NCBI GenBank assembly: GCA_032654565.1
Contig: JAULAX010000018.1
Coordinates: 288,001-352,000 of the forward strand
DNA from: Anaeromyxobacteraceae bacterium
Lineage (GTDB): Bacteria > Myxococcota > Myxococcia > Myxococcales > Anaeromyxobacteraceae
DNA: 64,000 bases
Direction of reading: 5' to 3'
Below the pieces are notes generated by a model. It made no database searches and was not told where the DNA came from. It worked only from the letters and a program-made list of their open reading frames with translations. Shown piece after piece: positions 1 to 10,468 of the stretch. The position numbers were made by a program, and so were the translations under genes. Position 1 is the stretch's first letter. Each line of letters begins with the position of its first letter.

Positions 1-718
1 CCTCGCCGTGCTCGGCGAGCCGGTGGTACATGGTCGGCACCGCGAAGAGCAGCGTGCCGCCCTCGGCGAAGGCGGCGCAGACACCCTCCGGCGTGAAGCG
101 CGGCAGCAGCCGCAGCGTGCCGCCCACCCGGAGCGAACCAAACAGGCCGAGCACCAGGCCGTGGACGTGGAAGAGGGGGAGGGCGTGGACCAGGACGTCG
201 CCGGGTGTCCAGCCCCAGGCGTCGGCGAGGGCGTCGATGTCGAAGGCGGCGTTCCGGTGGGTCAGGACCGCTCCCTTGGGCGGCCCGGTGGTGCCGGAGG
301 TGTAGAGGATCAGGAGCGGATCGTCGGGGGCCGGATCGGCCGGGGCCGCCGGCGGGCCGTCGAGGGCGATGGGCTGGACGCCGGGGGTGCGGTCGACGAA
401 GGCGGCCGGGTCGGCGGCGAGGGTCAGGCGCGGGGCGGCGTCGGCGAGGATGTGGGCCAGCTCCCGGGCGCCGCTGGCCGGGTTGAGCGGGACGGTGGCG
501 ACGCCGGCCAGCGCCTGGCCGGCCAGGGCGGCGACGGTGGCGGCGTGGGGCGTCGCCCAGATCGCCACCCGGTCGCCCGGCCGGATCCCCGCGGCGGCCA
601 GCCGGCCGGCGTGGGCCAGCGCCGCCCGCTGCAGCTCCCCGAAGCCCAGGGTGGCCTCGGGGCTGACCAGCGCCGGGTGGTCGGAGGCGCGGCCGAGGTG
701 GGGGAGGAGCGGGTGCAT
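1..718 (-). CDS. Acyl-CoA synthetase (AMP-binding), likely MatB-type malonyl-CoA synthetase; runs off window edge
   Basis: Manual translation from ATG at 718: MHPLLPHLG...LILYTSGTTGPPKGA...LVHALPLFHVHGL...FAVPTMY; divergent from the malonate operon; absent from the ORF track because it is truncated. Confidence 0.85.
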   Translation of the reverse strand, partial: MHPLLPHLGRASDHPALVSPEATLGFGELQRAALAHAGRLAAAGIRPGDRVAIWATPHAATVAALAGQALAGVATVPLNPASGARELAHILADAAPRLTLAADPAAFVDRTPGVQPIALDGPPAAPADPAPDDPLLILYTSGTTGPPKGAVLTHRNAAFDIDALADAWGWTPGDVLVHALPLFHVHGLVLGLFGSLRVGGTLRLLPRFTPEGVCAAFAEGGTLLFAVPTMYHRLAEHGE

Positions 719-822
719 GGAGCGGAGCTTAGCCGCTTCCGGGCGCCGCTTCCGGCCGCCGACTCGCCGCCGGTCGTGCCGCACCGCGCCGTGGCCGGGA
801 GGCCATGAGCCGCACGCAGGGC

Positions 823-851
823 TTGAGATCTCGCGCCCGGAGGACTAGCCT
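823..851 (+). promoter_or_regulatory. Sigma-70-type promoter of the ABC/mdc operon
   Basis: TTGAGA (823-828), 17 nt spacer, TAGCCT (846-851). Confidence 0.6.
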
Positions 852-863
852 CGCCGCTTCCGT

Positions 864-881
864 AACTCATAATTATGGATT
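864..881. promoter_or_regulatory. Palindromic operator, candidate GntR site
   Basis: AT-rich AACTCATAATTATGGATT with perfect core CATAATTATG (868-877), just downstream of the -10 box. Confidence 0.7.
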
Positions 882-907
882 CAGAACCCGGATCCCGGAG
901 GCCCCCC

Positions 908-2182
908 ATGCCCTCACGCTCCACCCTGCGCCGCACCCCCTTGCCGGTCGCGTTCCTGCTCGCCTCCTTCCTGGCCCTGCTCGCGGCCGCCCCGGCGGCC
1001 GCCGGGGCCGCCGCGCCCCACACCAAGGTCTCGCTGGGCGCCACCCTCCCGCTCACCGGGGCCGAGGCCCGCGTCGGCGGCTTCTTCAAGGAGGGGTACG
1101 AGCTGGCCGTCGAGGAGGCCAACAAGCGGGGCGGCCTGCTGGTGGGCGGCAAGAAGCTACCCGTCGAGCTGGCCATCCTCGACGACACCACCACCCAGGC
1201 CACCGCGGTGAGCCTGGCCGACCGCCTCGTCAACAGCGACCAGGTCGACTTCCTACTCGGCACCTACTCCAGCCACCTGGTCGAGGCCCAGAGCACCATC
1301 GGCGAGCAGAACCGCATCCCGTACATCAACGGCGGTGGCGGCGCGACCAAGATCTACAAGCGCGGCTTCAAGTACCTGTTCGGCGCCATCTCGCCGGTCG
1401 AGCTGCTGGGCACCACCATGATGTCCTGGATCGACATCCAGCAGAAGGCCGGGAAGCTGCCGAGGCCGGCCAAGATCGCCCTGCTCTGGGAGAACACCGC
1501 CCACGGCAAGGACTTCCGGAAGGGGATCTCCGACTTCGTGGCCAAGAGCGGCGGCGCCTACCAGGTCAGCGTCGACGAGTCCTTCCCGCTCGACGGCAAG
1601 GACTTCGGGGCCCTGCTCGGCAAGGTCAAGGCCGCCAACGTCGACCTGTTCCTGGCCGACGCCCACCTCCCCGACTACATCACCATGCACCGCCAGTACG
1701 TGGCGGCCGGGCTCTGCCACAAGGTGGTGAGCTACGGCGCCCGCGGCAGCGAGAAGGGGGCCATCGAGGCCCTCGGCCAGGAGAACGTCAACTACGTGGT
1801 CTCCGGGGTCTGGTGGAGCGCCGAGCTGGGCAAGAAGCCCGGCCTGGCCAAGGCCTTCGTCGACCAGTTCACCGCCAAGCACGCCGGCCGCAGGCCGGAG
1901 TGGTTCCAGGCACTGGCCTACGAGTCGGCGCGGGCCCTGTTCACCGCCATCGAGCAGGCCGGGTCGCTCGACCGCGAGGCGGTCCGGGCCAAGCTGGCCT
2001 CGCTCAAGATGCCCTCGATGTTGCCGGGCGGGACGCTCGAGTTCCCGGGCGCCCAGGGGCAGCAGGCCCAGAACCCCTTCGTGCTCCAGCAGAACCTCAC
2101 CGACAAGAGCTCGCCCATCATCTTCCCTCCCGACGCCGCCACCGGCACCGGCATCGCCGCCAATCCCCGCTGCCCCACGTAG
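908..2182 (+). CDS. LivK-like ABC transporter substrate-binding protein
   Basis: Signal peptide; periplasmic binding protein type 1 pattern (LGATLPLTG, VDFLLGTYSS); GGAGG upstream of ATG 908. Confidence 0.9.
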   Translation: MPSRSTLRRTPLPVAFLLASFLALLAAAPAAAGAAAPHTKVSLGATLPLTGAEARVGGFFKEGYELAVEEANKRGGLLVGGKKLPVELAILDDTTTQATAVSLADRLVNSDQVDFLLGTYSSHLVEAQSTIGEQNRIPYINGGGGATKIYKRGFKYLFGAISPVELLGTTMMSWIDIQQKAGKLPRPAKIALLWENTAHGKDFRKGISDFVAKSGGAYQVSVDESFPLDGKDFGALLGKVKAANVDLFLADAHLPDYITMHRQYVAAGLCHKVVSYGARGSEKGAIEALGQENVNYVVSGVWWSAELGKKPGLAKAFVDQFTAKHAGRRPEWFQALAYESARALFTAIEQAGSLDREAVRAKLASLKMPSMLPGGTLEFPGAQGQQAQNPFVLQQNLTDKSSPIIFPPDAATGTGIAANPRCPT

Positions 2183-2185
2183 GCC

Positions 2186-3061
2186 ATGGCGCGCTTCATC
2201 GATCTCGCGCTGTCCGCCATCATGCTGGCCGGGCTCTACGCCACCATGGCGTACGGGCTCGGCCTCATCTATGGCGTCCTCCGCGTCGTCAACCTGGCCC
2301 ACGGCGGCGTCATCATGGCCGGCGCCTACCTGGGCTGGGTCCTCTTCGAGCGGTGGGGGATCGACCCGTACCTCTCCCTGCCCCTGGTCATCGTGGCCAG
2401 CTTCGGGCTCGGGATCCTCATGTACCGGCTGCTGGTCCGCCACCTGCCCCGCGGGCCGGCCGGCGGCCCGGCCTCGCTGCTGCTGCTCTTCGGGACCTGG
2501 CTGGTGCTCCGCAACGTCGCCTACCTGCTCTTCACCGGCAACGACCAGGCCATCCGGACCAGCTACTCCACCTCCTCGGTGGTGTTCCTCGGCACCCACG
2601 TCTCGGTGAACCGGCTGGCGGTGCTGGCCATCGCCACCGTCATCCCGGTCCTCCTCCACCTCCTGCTCACCAGGACCTACACCGGGCGCGCCATCCGGGC
2701 GGTGGCGCAGAACGCCGACAGCTGCACCCTGGTGGGCATCGACGTCGAGAAGATCTACGCCCTCACCTTCGGGATCGGCACCGCCCTGGCCGGCGTGGCC
2801 GGGCTGCTCTCCGCCACCATCTTCTCCTTCAACCCCGGCTTCGGTTCCGGGGAGCTGCTCAAGTCGTTCGTGGTGGTGGTGCTGGGAGGGCTGGGGAGCG
2901 TCCTCGGCATCGGGGTGGCGGCGCTGATCCTCGCGGTGGTCGAGGTCTTCGCCATCCTGGTCCTGCCCTCCTACCTCACCTCGGCGGTCGGCTTCGTCAT
3001 GCTGGTGCTGGTGCTGGTGCTCCGGCCGGGCGGCCTCTTCGGCCAGCGGGTCCTGGGATGA
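2186..3061 (+). CDS. LivH-like ABC permease
   Basis: GLGLIYGVLRVVNLAHG, TYTGRAIRAVAQN; hydrophobic. Confidence 0.92.
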   Translation: MARFIDLALSAIMLAGLYATMAYGLGLIYGVLRVVNLAHGGVIMAGAYLGWVLFERWGIDPYLSLPLVIVASFGLGILMYRLLVRHLPRGPAGGPASLLLLFGTWLVLRNVAYLLFTGNDQAIRTSYSTSSVVFLGTHVSVNRLAVLAIATVIPVLLHLLLTRTYTGRAIRAVAQNADSCTLVGIDVEKIYALTFGIGTALAGVAGLLSATIFSFNPGFGSGELLKSFVVVVLGGLGSVLGIGVAALILAVVEVFAILVLPSYLTSAVGFVMLVLVLVLRPGGLFGQRVLG

Positions 3062-4049
3062 GCGAGGCCACGCCGGTCAAGCTCCCCGCCCTGGTCCCGC
3101 TCCCGGTCGCGGCCGCCTTCGCCGGCGGGGTGGTGCTCCTCGCCGCCGCGCCCTGGCTCCTCGACCTCAGCCCCTACAGCCACAACCTGGTCACCCTGGC
3201 CTTCATGCTCATCGCCGGGTCGGTGGCCTGGAACTGGATGGGCGGCTTCCTCGGGCAGGTGAGCTTCGGCCACGCCGCCATGTTCGGGGTGGGCGGCTTC
3301 GTCTCGGCGCGGGTGCTGCTCTCCGGCCCGGTGCCGGCGCCGCTGGCCTGGCTCACCGGCGGGCTGCTGGCCGGGATCTTCGCGCTGGGGGCCCACCCGG
3401 CGCTCCGGCTGCGCGGCCCCTACTTCTCCATCGCCACCATCGGCATGGGCGAGGCGGTCCGGCTCATCTTCACCTACTGGGAGGACTTCACCGGCGGCTC
3501 CTCCGGCCTCTCGCTCCCCATCGACGTCGACATGAAGCGCCAGCTCTACTGGTGGGGGCTGGGGCTGGCGGCCCTGGTGGTGGCCGCCACCTGGGTGATG
3601 CGGCGGTCGACCTTCGGGCTGCAGCTGCTGGCCATCAAGGCCGACGTCGACGCCGCCGGTGACGTGGGGGTCTCGGCCACCTTCTACCAGGACCTGGTCT
3701 TCGTCCTCTCCGGCGCGGTGGTCGGCGTCTCCGGGGGGCTCTACGCCTCCTACTTCAGCTTCATCGAGCCCAACGACATGTTCGGCTTCGATCGCTCGAT
3801 CGCCTTCGTGCTCATGACGGTCATCGGCGGGGTCGGGACCATCCTCGGCCCGGTGCTGGGCGCCGTGGTCTTCGTGCTGCTGCGCCAGTACCTGCTGGCC
3901 TCCTACCCCCAGCTCTACCTCGGCCTCTACGGCGGCCTGCTGATCTTCATCATCCTCTTCGAGCCGCTCGGCCTGACCGGCCTGCTGCGCCGGCTCGGCG
4001 GCCAGGTGCGGCGCCGGCTGGTCCCGGCCCGGGCCGCGGGGGAGCCGCC

Positions 4050-4053
<4 letters not shown>
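3058..4053 (+). CDS. LivM-like ABC permease
   Basis: GQVSFGHAAMFGVG, LRLRGPYFSIAT; ATG overlaps previous stop; C-terminal part of ORF 805..4053. Confidence 0.92.
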
Positions 4054-4789
<736 letters not shown>

Positions 4790-4793
<4 letters not shown>

Positions 4794-5506
4794 GCGAACC
4801 CCTCCTCGCCATCGAGGCCATCGACGTCTGCTACGGGGACGTCCAGGTCCTCTTCGGCCTCTCCCTCGAGGTCCGCGAAGGGGAGATCGTCACGCTGCTC
4901 GGCTCCAACGGCGCCGGCAAGACCACCACGCTGCGGGCCATCTCCGGGCTGCGGCCGCCGCGCGCCGGCCAGATCCGCTTCCGCGGCCGGTCGCTGGCCA
5001 CGGTCCCGGCCTCGGCCCGGGCCGAGCTCGGCATCTCCCTGGTCCCCGAGGGGCGCGAGCTCTGGCCCCAGCTCACGGTCCGCGAGAACCTCGAGCTGGG
5101 GGCCTACGGGGCCCGGGCCCGGCCCCACGCCGCCCAGAACCTCGAGAAGGTCTTCGAGATGTTCCCGCGGCTGCGGGAGCGGAGCGGGCAGCTGGCCGGG
5201 AGCCTCTCGGGCGGGGAGCAGCAGATGTGCGCCATCGGCCGGTCGCTGATGAGCGAGCCGGTGCTGCTCATGCTCGACGAGCCGAGCCTGGGCCTGTCGC
5301 CGCTGCTGGTGGACCAGGTCATGGCCACCATCTCCCGTCTCCACGCCGGCGGCATGACCATCCTGCTGGTCGAGCAGAACCTGCGGAAGGCGCTCCAGGT
5401 GGCCCACCGTGGGACGGTCATCGAGACCGGTCGGGTCCGGCTGGAGGGGAGCAGCGCCGAGCTGGCCGCCAACCCCGAGATCCGCGCCGCCTACCTGGGG
5501 ATCTGA
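4790..5506 (+). CDS. LivF-like ABC ATP-binding protein
   Basis: GSNGAGKTT, LSGGEQQM, LDEPSLGL, VEQN. Confidence 0.93.
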
Positions 5507-5516
5507 GCCGCCCGCC

Positions 5517-6233
5517 ATGAGCCGCCCCATCGCCCACCGGGCGCTCTACCAGGAGGTCGCCGACCGGCTCCGCCGCCTCATCTACGACGGCGACCTGCCG
5601 CTCGGCTCCTGGATCGACGAGCAGGCGCTCACCGTGGAGTTCGGCATCAGCCGGACGCCGCTGCGGGAGGCGCTCAAGGTGCTGCACGCCGAGGGGCTGG
5701 TGCAGCTCACCCCGCGGCGCGGCTGCTTCGTGGCCGGTGAGCTGGCGCCAGGGGACCTCGACGAGCTCTTCCCGGTCATGGCGCTCCTGGAGGGGCGCTG
5801 CGCCTACGAGGCGGTCAAGAAGGCGACGCCGGTCGAGGTGCGCCGGCTCGAGGGCATCCACGCCCGGCTCGAGAAGCTGGCGTCGAAGGGGGACGTGGCC
5901 ACCTACTACGAGAACAACTACGCCTTCCACGAGACCATCCAGGAGCTGGCCGCCAACCCCTGGCTCTCCCGGATCGTCTCGGAGCTGCGCCGCTTCCTGA
6001 AGCTCCTCCGCGGCCGCCAGCTGCGGGTGCCGGGCCGGCTCGAGGCCTCGCTGGAGGAGCACCGGAAGATCATGGGCGCGCTGCGCCGGGGCGACGCGGC
6101 CGCCGCCGAGCGGATCATGCGGGCCCACCTGATGTCGCAGCGGGCGGCGCTGGCGGTGCAGGAGCGTGGCCCGGCGCCGGCCCGGGCGGCCCCGCCGGCC
6201 GGGGGCAAGGGACGGAGACGGGCGGCGAGATGA
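5517..6233 (+). CDS. GntR/FadR-family transcriptional regulator of the malonate locus
   Basis: HTH FGISRTPLREALKVL plus FCD domain; in operon with mdc genes. Confidence 0.92.
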   Translation: MSRPIAHRALYQEVADRLRRLIYDGDLPLGSWIDEQALTVEFGISRTPLREALKVLHAEGLVQLTPRRGCFVAGELAPGDLDELFPVMALLEGRCAYEAVKKATPVEVRRLEGIHARLEKLASKGDVATYYENNYAFHETIQELAANPWLSRIVSELRRFLKLLRGRQLRVPGRLEASLEEHRKIMGALRRGDAAAAERIMRAHLMSQRAALAVQERGPAPARAAPPAGGKGRRRAAR

Positions 6234-7876
6234 CCCGCGCCTGGGACTCGGCCCGGAGGAGCCGCGCCGCGCGCCTCGAGCGCGCCCGCGGCGTGGCGCC
6301 GGGGCGCTGGGTCGAGCCGGGCGCGGTCACCGCGCTCCTCGAGGCCATCCTCGAGCCGGGCGACCGGGTCTGCCTGGAGGGGAACAACCAGAAGCAGGCC
6401 GACTTCCTGGCCGCCGCCCTCGGCCGCGTCGATCCGGCCCGGGTCCACGACCTCCACCTGGTGCAGTCGGTGCTGGCCCTCCCGGAGCACCTCGCCCTCT
6501 TCGAGCGCGGGATCGCCCGGCGCGTCGACTTCTCCTTCTCCGGGCCGCAGGCGGTCCGGGTGGCGCAGCTGGTGGCCGCGGGCCGGCTCGAGATCGGCGC
6601 CATCCACACCTACCTCGAGCTCTACGCCCGGTACTTCGTCGACCTCACCCCGCGGGTGGCGCTGGTCAGCGCCATGGCCGCCGACGCCGAGGGGAACCTC
6701 TACACCGGCCCCAACACCGAGGACACGCCGGTGGTGGTGGAGGCCACCGCCTTCCGCGACGGCCTGGTGATCGCCCAGGTGAACGAGCGGGTGGAGCGGC
6801 TCCCCCGCGTCGACATCCCGGCCGGCTGGGTGGACTTCCTCACCGTGGCGCCCACCCCCAGCGTGGTCGAGCCGCTCTTCACCCGCGACCCGGCCCTGAT
6901 CAGCGAGGTCCAGGTGCTGATGGCGATGATGGTGGTGAAGGGCATCTACTCCGAGTACGGGGTGGACCGGCTCAACCACGGCATCGGCTTCGACTCGGCG
7001 GCCATCGAGCTGATCCTCCCCACCTTCGGCGAGTCGATCGGGCTGCGGGGGCGGGCCTGCGGCCACTGGGCGCTCAACCCGCACCCCACCCTGATCCCGG
7101 CCATCGAGGCCGGGCTGGTGCGCTCGGTCCACTGCTTCGGCTCCGAGCTGGGCATGGAGGCCTACGTGGCGGCGCGCCCCGACGTCTTCTTCACCGGCCG
7201 CGACGGGAGCCTCCGCTCCAACCGGGCCTTCGCCCAGGTGGCCGGGCAGTACGCCTGCGACCTGTTCATCGGCTCCACCCTCCAGGTCGACGTGGCCGGC
7301 AACAGCTCCACCGCCACCGCCTCCCGCATCGCCGGCTTCGGCGGCGCCCCCAACATGGGCGCCGACGCGCGGGGCCGGCGTCACGAGAGCCCGGCCTGGC
7401 TGCGGGCGGGGCGGGAGGCGAGCCCGCGGCCGGAGGCGATGCCCCGCGGGCGCAAGCTGGTGGTCCAGCTGCTCGAGACCTATCGCGAGCACATGGAGCC
7501 GGCCTTCGTGGAGCGTCTCGACGCCTGGGACCTGGCCGAGCGGATGGGGATGGCCAACCCGCCGGTGATGATCCACGGCGACGACGTCAGCCACGTGGTC
7601 ACCGAGGAGGGGATCGCCAACCTGCTCCTGTGCCGCACGCCGGAGGAGCGCGAGCAGGCCATCCGCGGGGTGGCCGGGTACACGCCGGTGGGGCGGGCGC
7701 GCGATCGGCGCGCCGTCGAGGGGCTCCGCGACCGGGGCATCATCCGGCGGCCGGTCGACCTGGGCCTCGACGTCCGCCAGGCGACCCGCGAGCTCCTCGC
7801 CGCGCGGACGGTGAAGGACCTGGTCCGCTGGTCGGGTGGGCTCTACGACCCGCCGCGACGGTTCAGGAGCTGGTGA
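6230..7876 (+). CDS. mdcA: Malonate decarboxylase alpha subunit
   Basis: LEGNNQKQADFL, IHTYLELYARYF, GFGGAPNMG, C-terminal WSGGLYDPPRRFRSW. Confidence 0.96.
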   Translation: MTRAWDSARRSRAARLERARGVAPGRWVEPGAVTALLEAILEPGDRVCLEGNNQKQADFLAAALGRVDPARVHDLHLVQSVLALPEHLALFERGIARRVDFSFSGPQAVRVAQLVAAGRLEIGAIHTYLELYARYFVDLTPRVALVSAMAADAEGNLYTGPNTEDTPVVVEATAFRDGLVIAQVNERVERLPRVDIPAGWVDFLTVAPTPSVVEPLFTRDPALISEVQVLMAMMVVKGIYSEYGVDRLNHGIGFDSAAIELILPTFGESIGLRGRACGHWALNPHPTLIPAIEAGLVRSVHCFGSELGMEAYVAARPDVFFTGRDGSLRSNRAFAQVAGQYACDLFIGSTLQVDVAGNSSTATASRIAGFGGAPNMGADARGRRHESPAWLRAGREASPRPEAMPRGRKLVVQLLETYREHMEPAFVERLDAWDLAERMGMANPPVMIHGDDVSHVVTEEGIANLLLCRTPEEREQAIRGVAGYTPVGRARDRRAVEGLRDRGIIRRPVDLGLDVRQATRELLAARTVKDLVRWSGGLYDPPRRFRSW

Positions 7877-7885
7877 GGAGCGGCC

Positions 7886-8206
7886 ATGGAGCGACTGGAG
7901 TTCGAGGTCGAGTGCGGGAGCGGGGCGGCGGCGGCGGCGGCCGCGCCCGTCGTCGTCGGCGTGGTCGCCTCGGGCAACCTCGAGGTGCTGGTGGAGCAGG
8001 GCGCGCCGGCGGGCCGCTGCCGCTTCAGCGTGGACACCTCGGTCCGCGGCTTCGGCGAGACCTGGCGGGCCGTGGTCGAGGACTTCGCGGCGCGCCAGCG
8101 CCCCTCCGGGCTGGTCTTCTCGCTGAACGACGCCGGGGCCACGCCGGCGGTGGTGAGCCTCCGCCTCGACCAGGCCGTGGAGGAGTTCCGGGGGGCGCGC
8201 CGGTGA
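7886..8206 (+). CDS. mdcC: Malonate decarboxylase acyl carrier protein (delta)
   Basis: GVVASGNLEVL (prosthetic-group Ser), NDAGATPAVVSLRLDQA. Confidence 0.95.
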   Translation: MERLEFEVECGSGAAAAAAAPVVVGVVASGNLEVLVEQGAPAGRCRFSVDTSVRGFGETWRAVVEDFAARQRPSGLVFSLNDAGATPAVVSLRLDQAVEEFRGARR

Positions 8207-9105
8207 GGCCGGCGGCCCTCGACCGGCGGAGCTGGCGCGAGGCGACCGCGCGCCGCCGCCTGGCCGCGCTCCTCGATCCGGGGAGCTTCGTCGAGTGGCT
8301 GGCTCCGGCGTCGCGGGTCACCAGCCCGCACCTCGCCACGCTCGGCCTCCCGGTGGCCTTCGACGACGGCGCCGTGGTCGGCGAGGGGCGGCTGCAGGGG
8401 CAGCGGGTGCTGCTGGCCGCCCAGGAGGGGGCCTTCATGGGCGGCGCGGTGGGCGAGGTCCACGGCGCCAAGCTCACCGGGCTGCTGCGGCGCGCGCTCC
8501 GGGAGCGCCCGGCCGGCGTGCTCCTGCTCCTCGACTCCGGCGGGGTGCGGCTCCAGGAGGCCAACGCCGGGCTGGTGGCGGTCTCGGAGGTGATGCGCGC
8601 GCTGCTGGAGGCGCGCGCCGCCGGCGTCCCGGTGATCGGGCTGATCGGCGGCGCCTGGGGCTGCTTCGGCGGCATGGGGATCGTGGCCGGCTGCTGCGAC
8701 GCCCTGGCCATGAGCGAGGAGGGCCGCCTCGGCGTCAGCGGTCCCGACGTGCTCGAGACCGTCAAGGGCGTCGAGGAGCTGGACAGCGCCGACCGGGCCC
8801 TGGTCTGGCGGACCTGGGGCGGCAAGCACCGCTGGCTCCTCGGCGACGCCGACCGGCTGGTGGCCGACGACCTGGGGGCCTTCCGGGCCGCGGCCCTCGA
8901 GCTGCTGGCCGCTCCGCGCCCCCTCGAGCTGGAGACGCTCGAGGCGTCGCACCGGGCGCTGGCCCGCCGGCTGGAGCGGCTCGGCGGCGCATCCGACGCC
9001 CGCGAGGCCTGGCGGTCGCTCGGGGTCCAGGACCTCGACCAGGTCGCGGGCATGGAGCCGGAGCAGCTGGTCCGCGCCGAGGGCGCGCGGCGGGGGATCC
9101 GGTGA
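8203..9105 (+). CDS. mdcD: Malonate decarboxylase beta subunit
   Basis: FMGGAVGEVHGAKL, DSGGVRLQEANAG, GCFGG, TWGGKHR; GTG overlaps mdcC stop. Confidence 0.93.
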   Translation: MRPAALDRRSWREATARRRLAALLDPGSFVEWLAPASRVTSPHLATLGLPVAFDDGAVVGEGRLQGQRVLLAAQEGAFMGGAVGEVHGAKLTGLLRRALRERPAGVLLLLDSGGVRLQEANAGLVAVSEVMRALLEARAAGVPVIGLIGGAWGCFGGMGIVAGCCDALAMSEEGRLGVSGPDVLETVKGVEELDSADRALVWRTWGGKHRWLLGDADRLVADDLGAFRAAALELLAAPRPLELETLEASHRALARRLERLGGASDAREAWRSLGVQDLDQVAGMEPEQLVRAEGARRGIR

Positions 9106-9818
9106 CCCCCTCCCACCTCCTCGACGCGCTCTTCCCCGCCGGCCACGCCGTCCGCGTCGACGGCCCGGTCCTGGCCGGGACCGCCAGCGGCCCGACCGGC
9201 GTGGTGGCGGTGCTGGGGACCTGTGGCGCCGCCGAGGTCGGCGTCGAGGTGGCGCTCCGGCTCGCCGGCGAGCTGCTCGCCGTCCTCCGCGCCCACCCGG
9301 GCCGGCCGGTGGTCTTCCTGGTCGACACCCGCGGCCAGCGCATGAGCCGGCGCGACGAGCTGCTCGGCCTGGCCAGCTACCTCGGCCACCTGGCCGCCAC
9401 CGTCGGCCTGGCACGCCAGCGCGGACACCGGCTGGTCGCCGTCCTCTTCGGGGACGCCAGCAGCGGCGGCGTGCTGCCGCTCGGCTTCATGGCCGACGAG
9501 ATCCACGCCGTCGACGGGGCCAACCCCTGGGTGATGGCGCTGCCGGCCATGGCCCGGGTCACCAAGCTGCCGCTGGAGCGGCTCGAGGCGCTCTCGCGCG
9601 GCTCGGCGGTGCTGGCCCCCGGCCTCGAGTCGTTCCTGCGGCTCGGCGGCGTGGACCAGCGCTGGGAGCCCCCGCTGGCGCCCCGGCTCGCGGCGGCGCT
9701 GCAGCGTCCGAGCGGGCCCGACGCCCGCGACCTCCTCGGCCACCAGCGCGGTGGGCGGCCGCTGGCCGCCGAGGTGGCGAGGCGGGTCGCCGCAGCGCCT
9801 GGACCGGTGGGGCGGTGA
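9102..9818 (+). CDS. mdcE: Malonate decarboxylase gamma subunit
   Basis: LVDTRGQRMSRRDELLG, VMALPAMARVTK. Confidence 0.92.
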   Translation: MTPSHLLDALFPAGHAVRVDGPVLAGTASGPTGVVAVLGTCGAAEVGVEVALRLAGELLAVLRAHPGRPVVFLVDTRGQRMSRRDELLGLASYLGHLAATVGLARQRGHRLVAVLFGDASSGGVLPLGFMADEIHAVDGANPWVMALPAMARVTKLPLERLEALSRGSAVLAPGLESFLRLGGVDQRWEPPLAPRLAAALQRPSGPDARDLLGHQRGGRPLAAEVARRVAAAPGPVGR

Positions 9819-10468
9819 CCACCTTCCACCGCCACGACCTGGCCTGGCTCCGGCCCCGCTGGCGCGACTCGCTGCTTTCGCCGCTCGCGCCCGGGGACGA
9901 GGCGGCGATCGCCGACTGGGCCGACCGGGGCCGGCCCGCCGTGGTCTGCCGCCGCCTCGCCGGTGCGCCTGCGGGTGCGGTCACGCTCGGCGTCGCGCTC
10001 CCCGGGCCGGGGCGGCGGATCGGGCTGCTGGTCCGGGCCGACGCCGTGGCGCGGCGGGCCGCCCCGCTCCGGCTTCGGGAGGCCGCGGCCTCGGCGCCGC
10101 AGGCCTGGCGGGGCCCGCTGGCGGCGCTCGACGCGGCGCTCTGGTCGGTGGGGATCACCGCCGCGGTCTTCGGCTCGCTGGCCTGGCAGCACCTGGCGGG
10201 AGAGCCCTACCTGCGCGCCACCTCCGACGTCGACCTGCTGCTGGAGCTGGCCGGGCCGACGTCGCCCTGGTCGGTGGTCGACCTCCTCCAGGCCCACGAC
10301 GGCGGCGCCCCTCGGCTCGACGGCGAGCTGCTCCTCCCGGGCGGGCGCGCCGTGGCCTGGCGCGAGCTCGCCACCCGCCCGGCGCGGGTGCTGGTGAAGT
10401 CAATCGACGCCGTCGCCCTCCTGACCGTGGACCAGGCGCTGGGCTGGCAGGCGCAGGAGGTGGCGTGA
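9815..10468 (+). CDS. mdcG: Malonate decarboxylase holo-ACP synthase (phosphoribosyl-dephospho-CoA transferase)
   Basis: RHDLAWL, VFGSLAWQHLAGEPYLRATSDVDLL, RLDGE, VAWRE. Confidence 0.9.
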   Translation: MTTFHRHDLAWLRPRWRDSLLSPLAPGDEAAIADWADRGRPAVVCRRLAGAPAGAVTLGVALPGPGRRIGLLVRADAVARRAAPLRLREAAASAPQAWRGPLAALDAALWSVGITAAVFGSLAWQHLAGEPYLRATSDVDLLLELAGPTSPWSVVDLLQAHDGGAPRLDGELLLPGGRAVAWRELATRPARVLVKSIDAVALLTVDQALGWQAQEVA

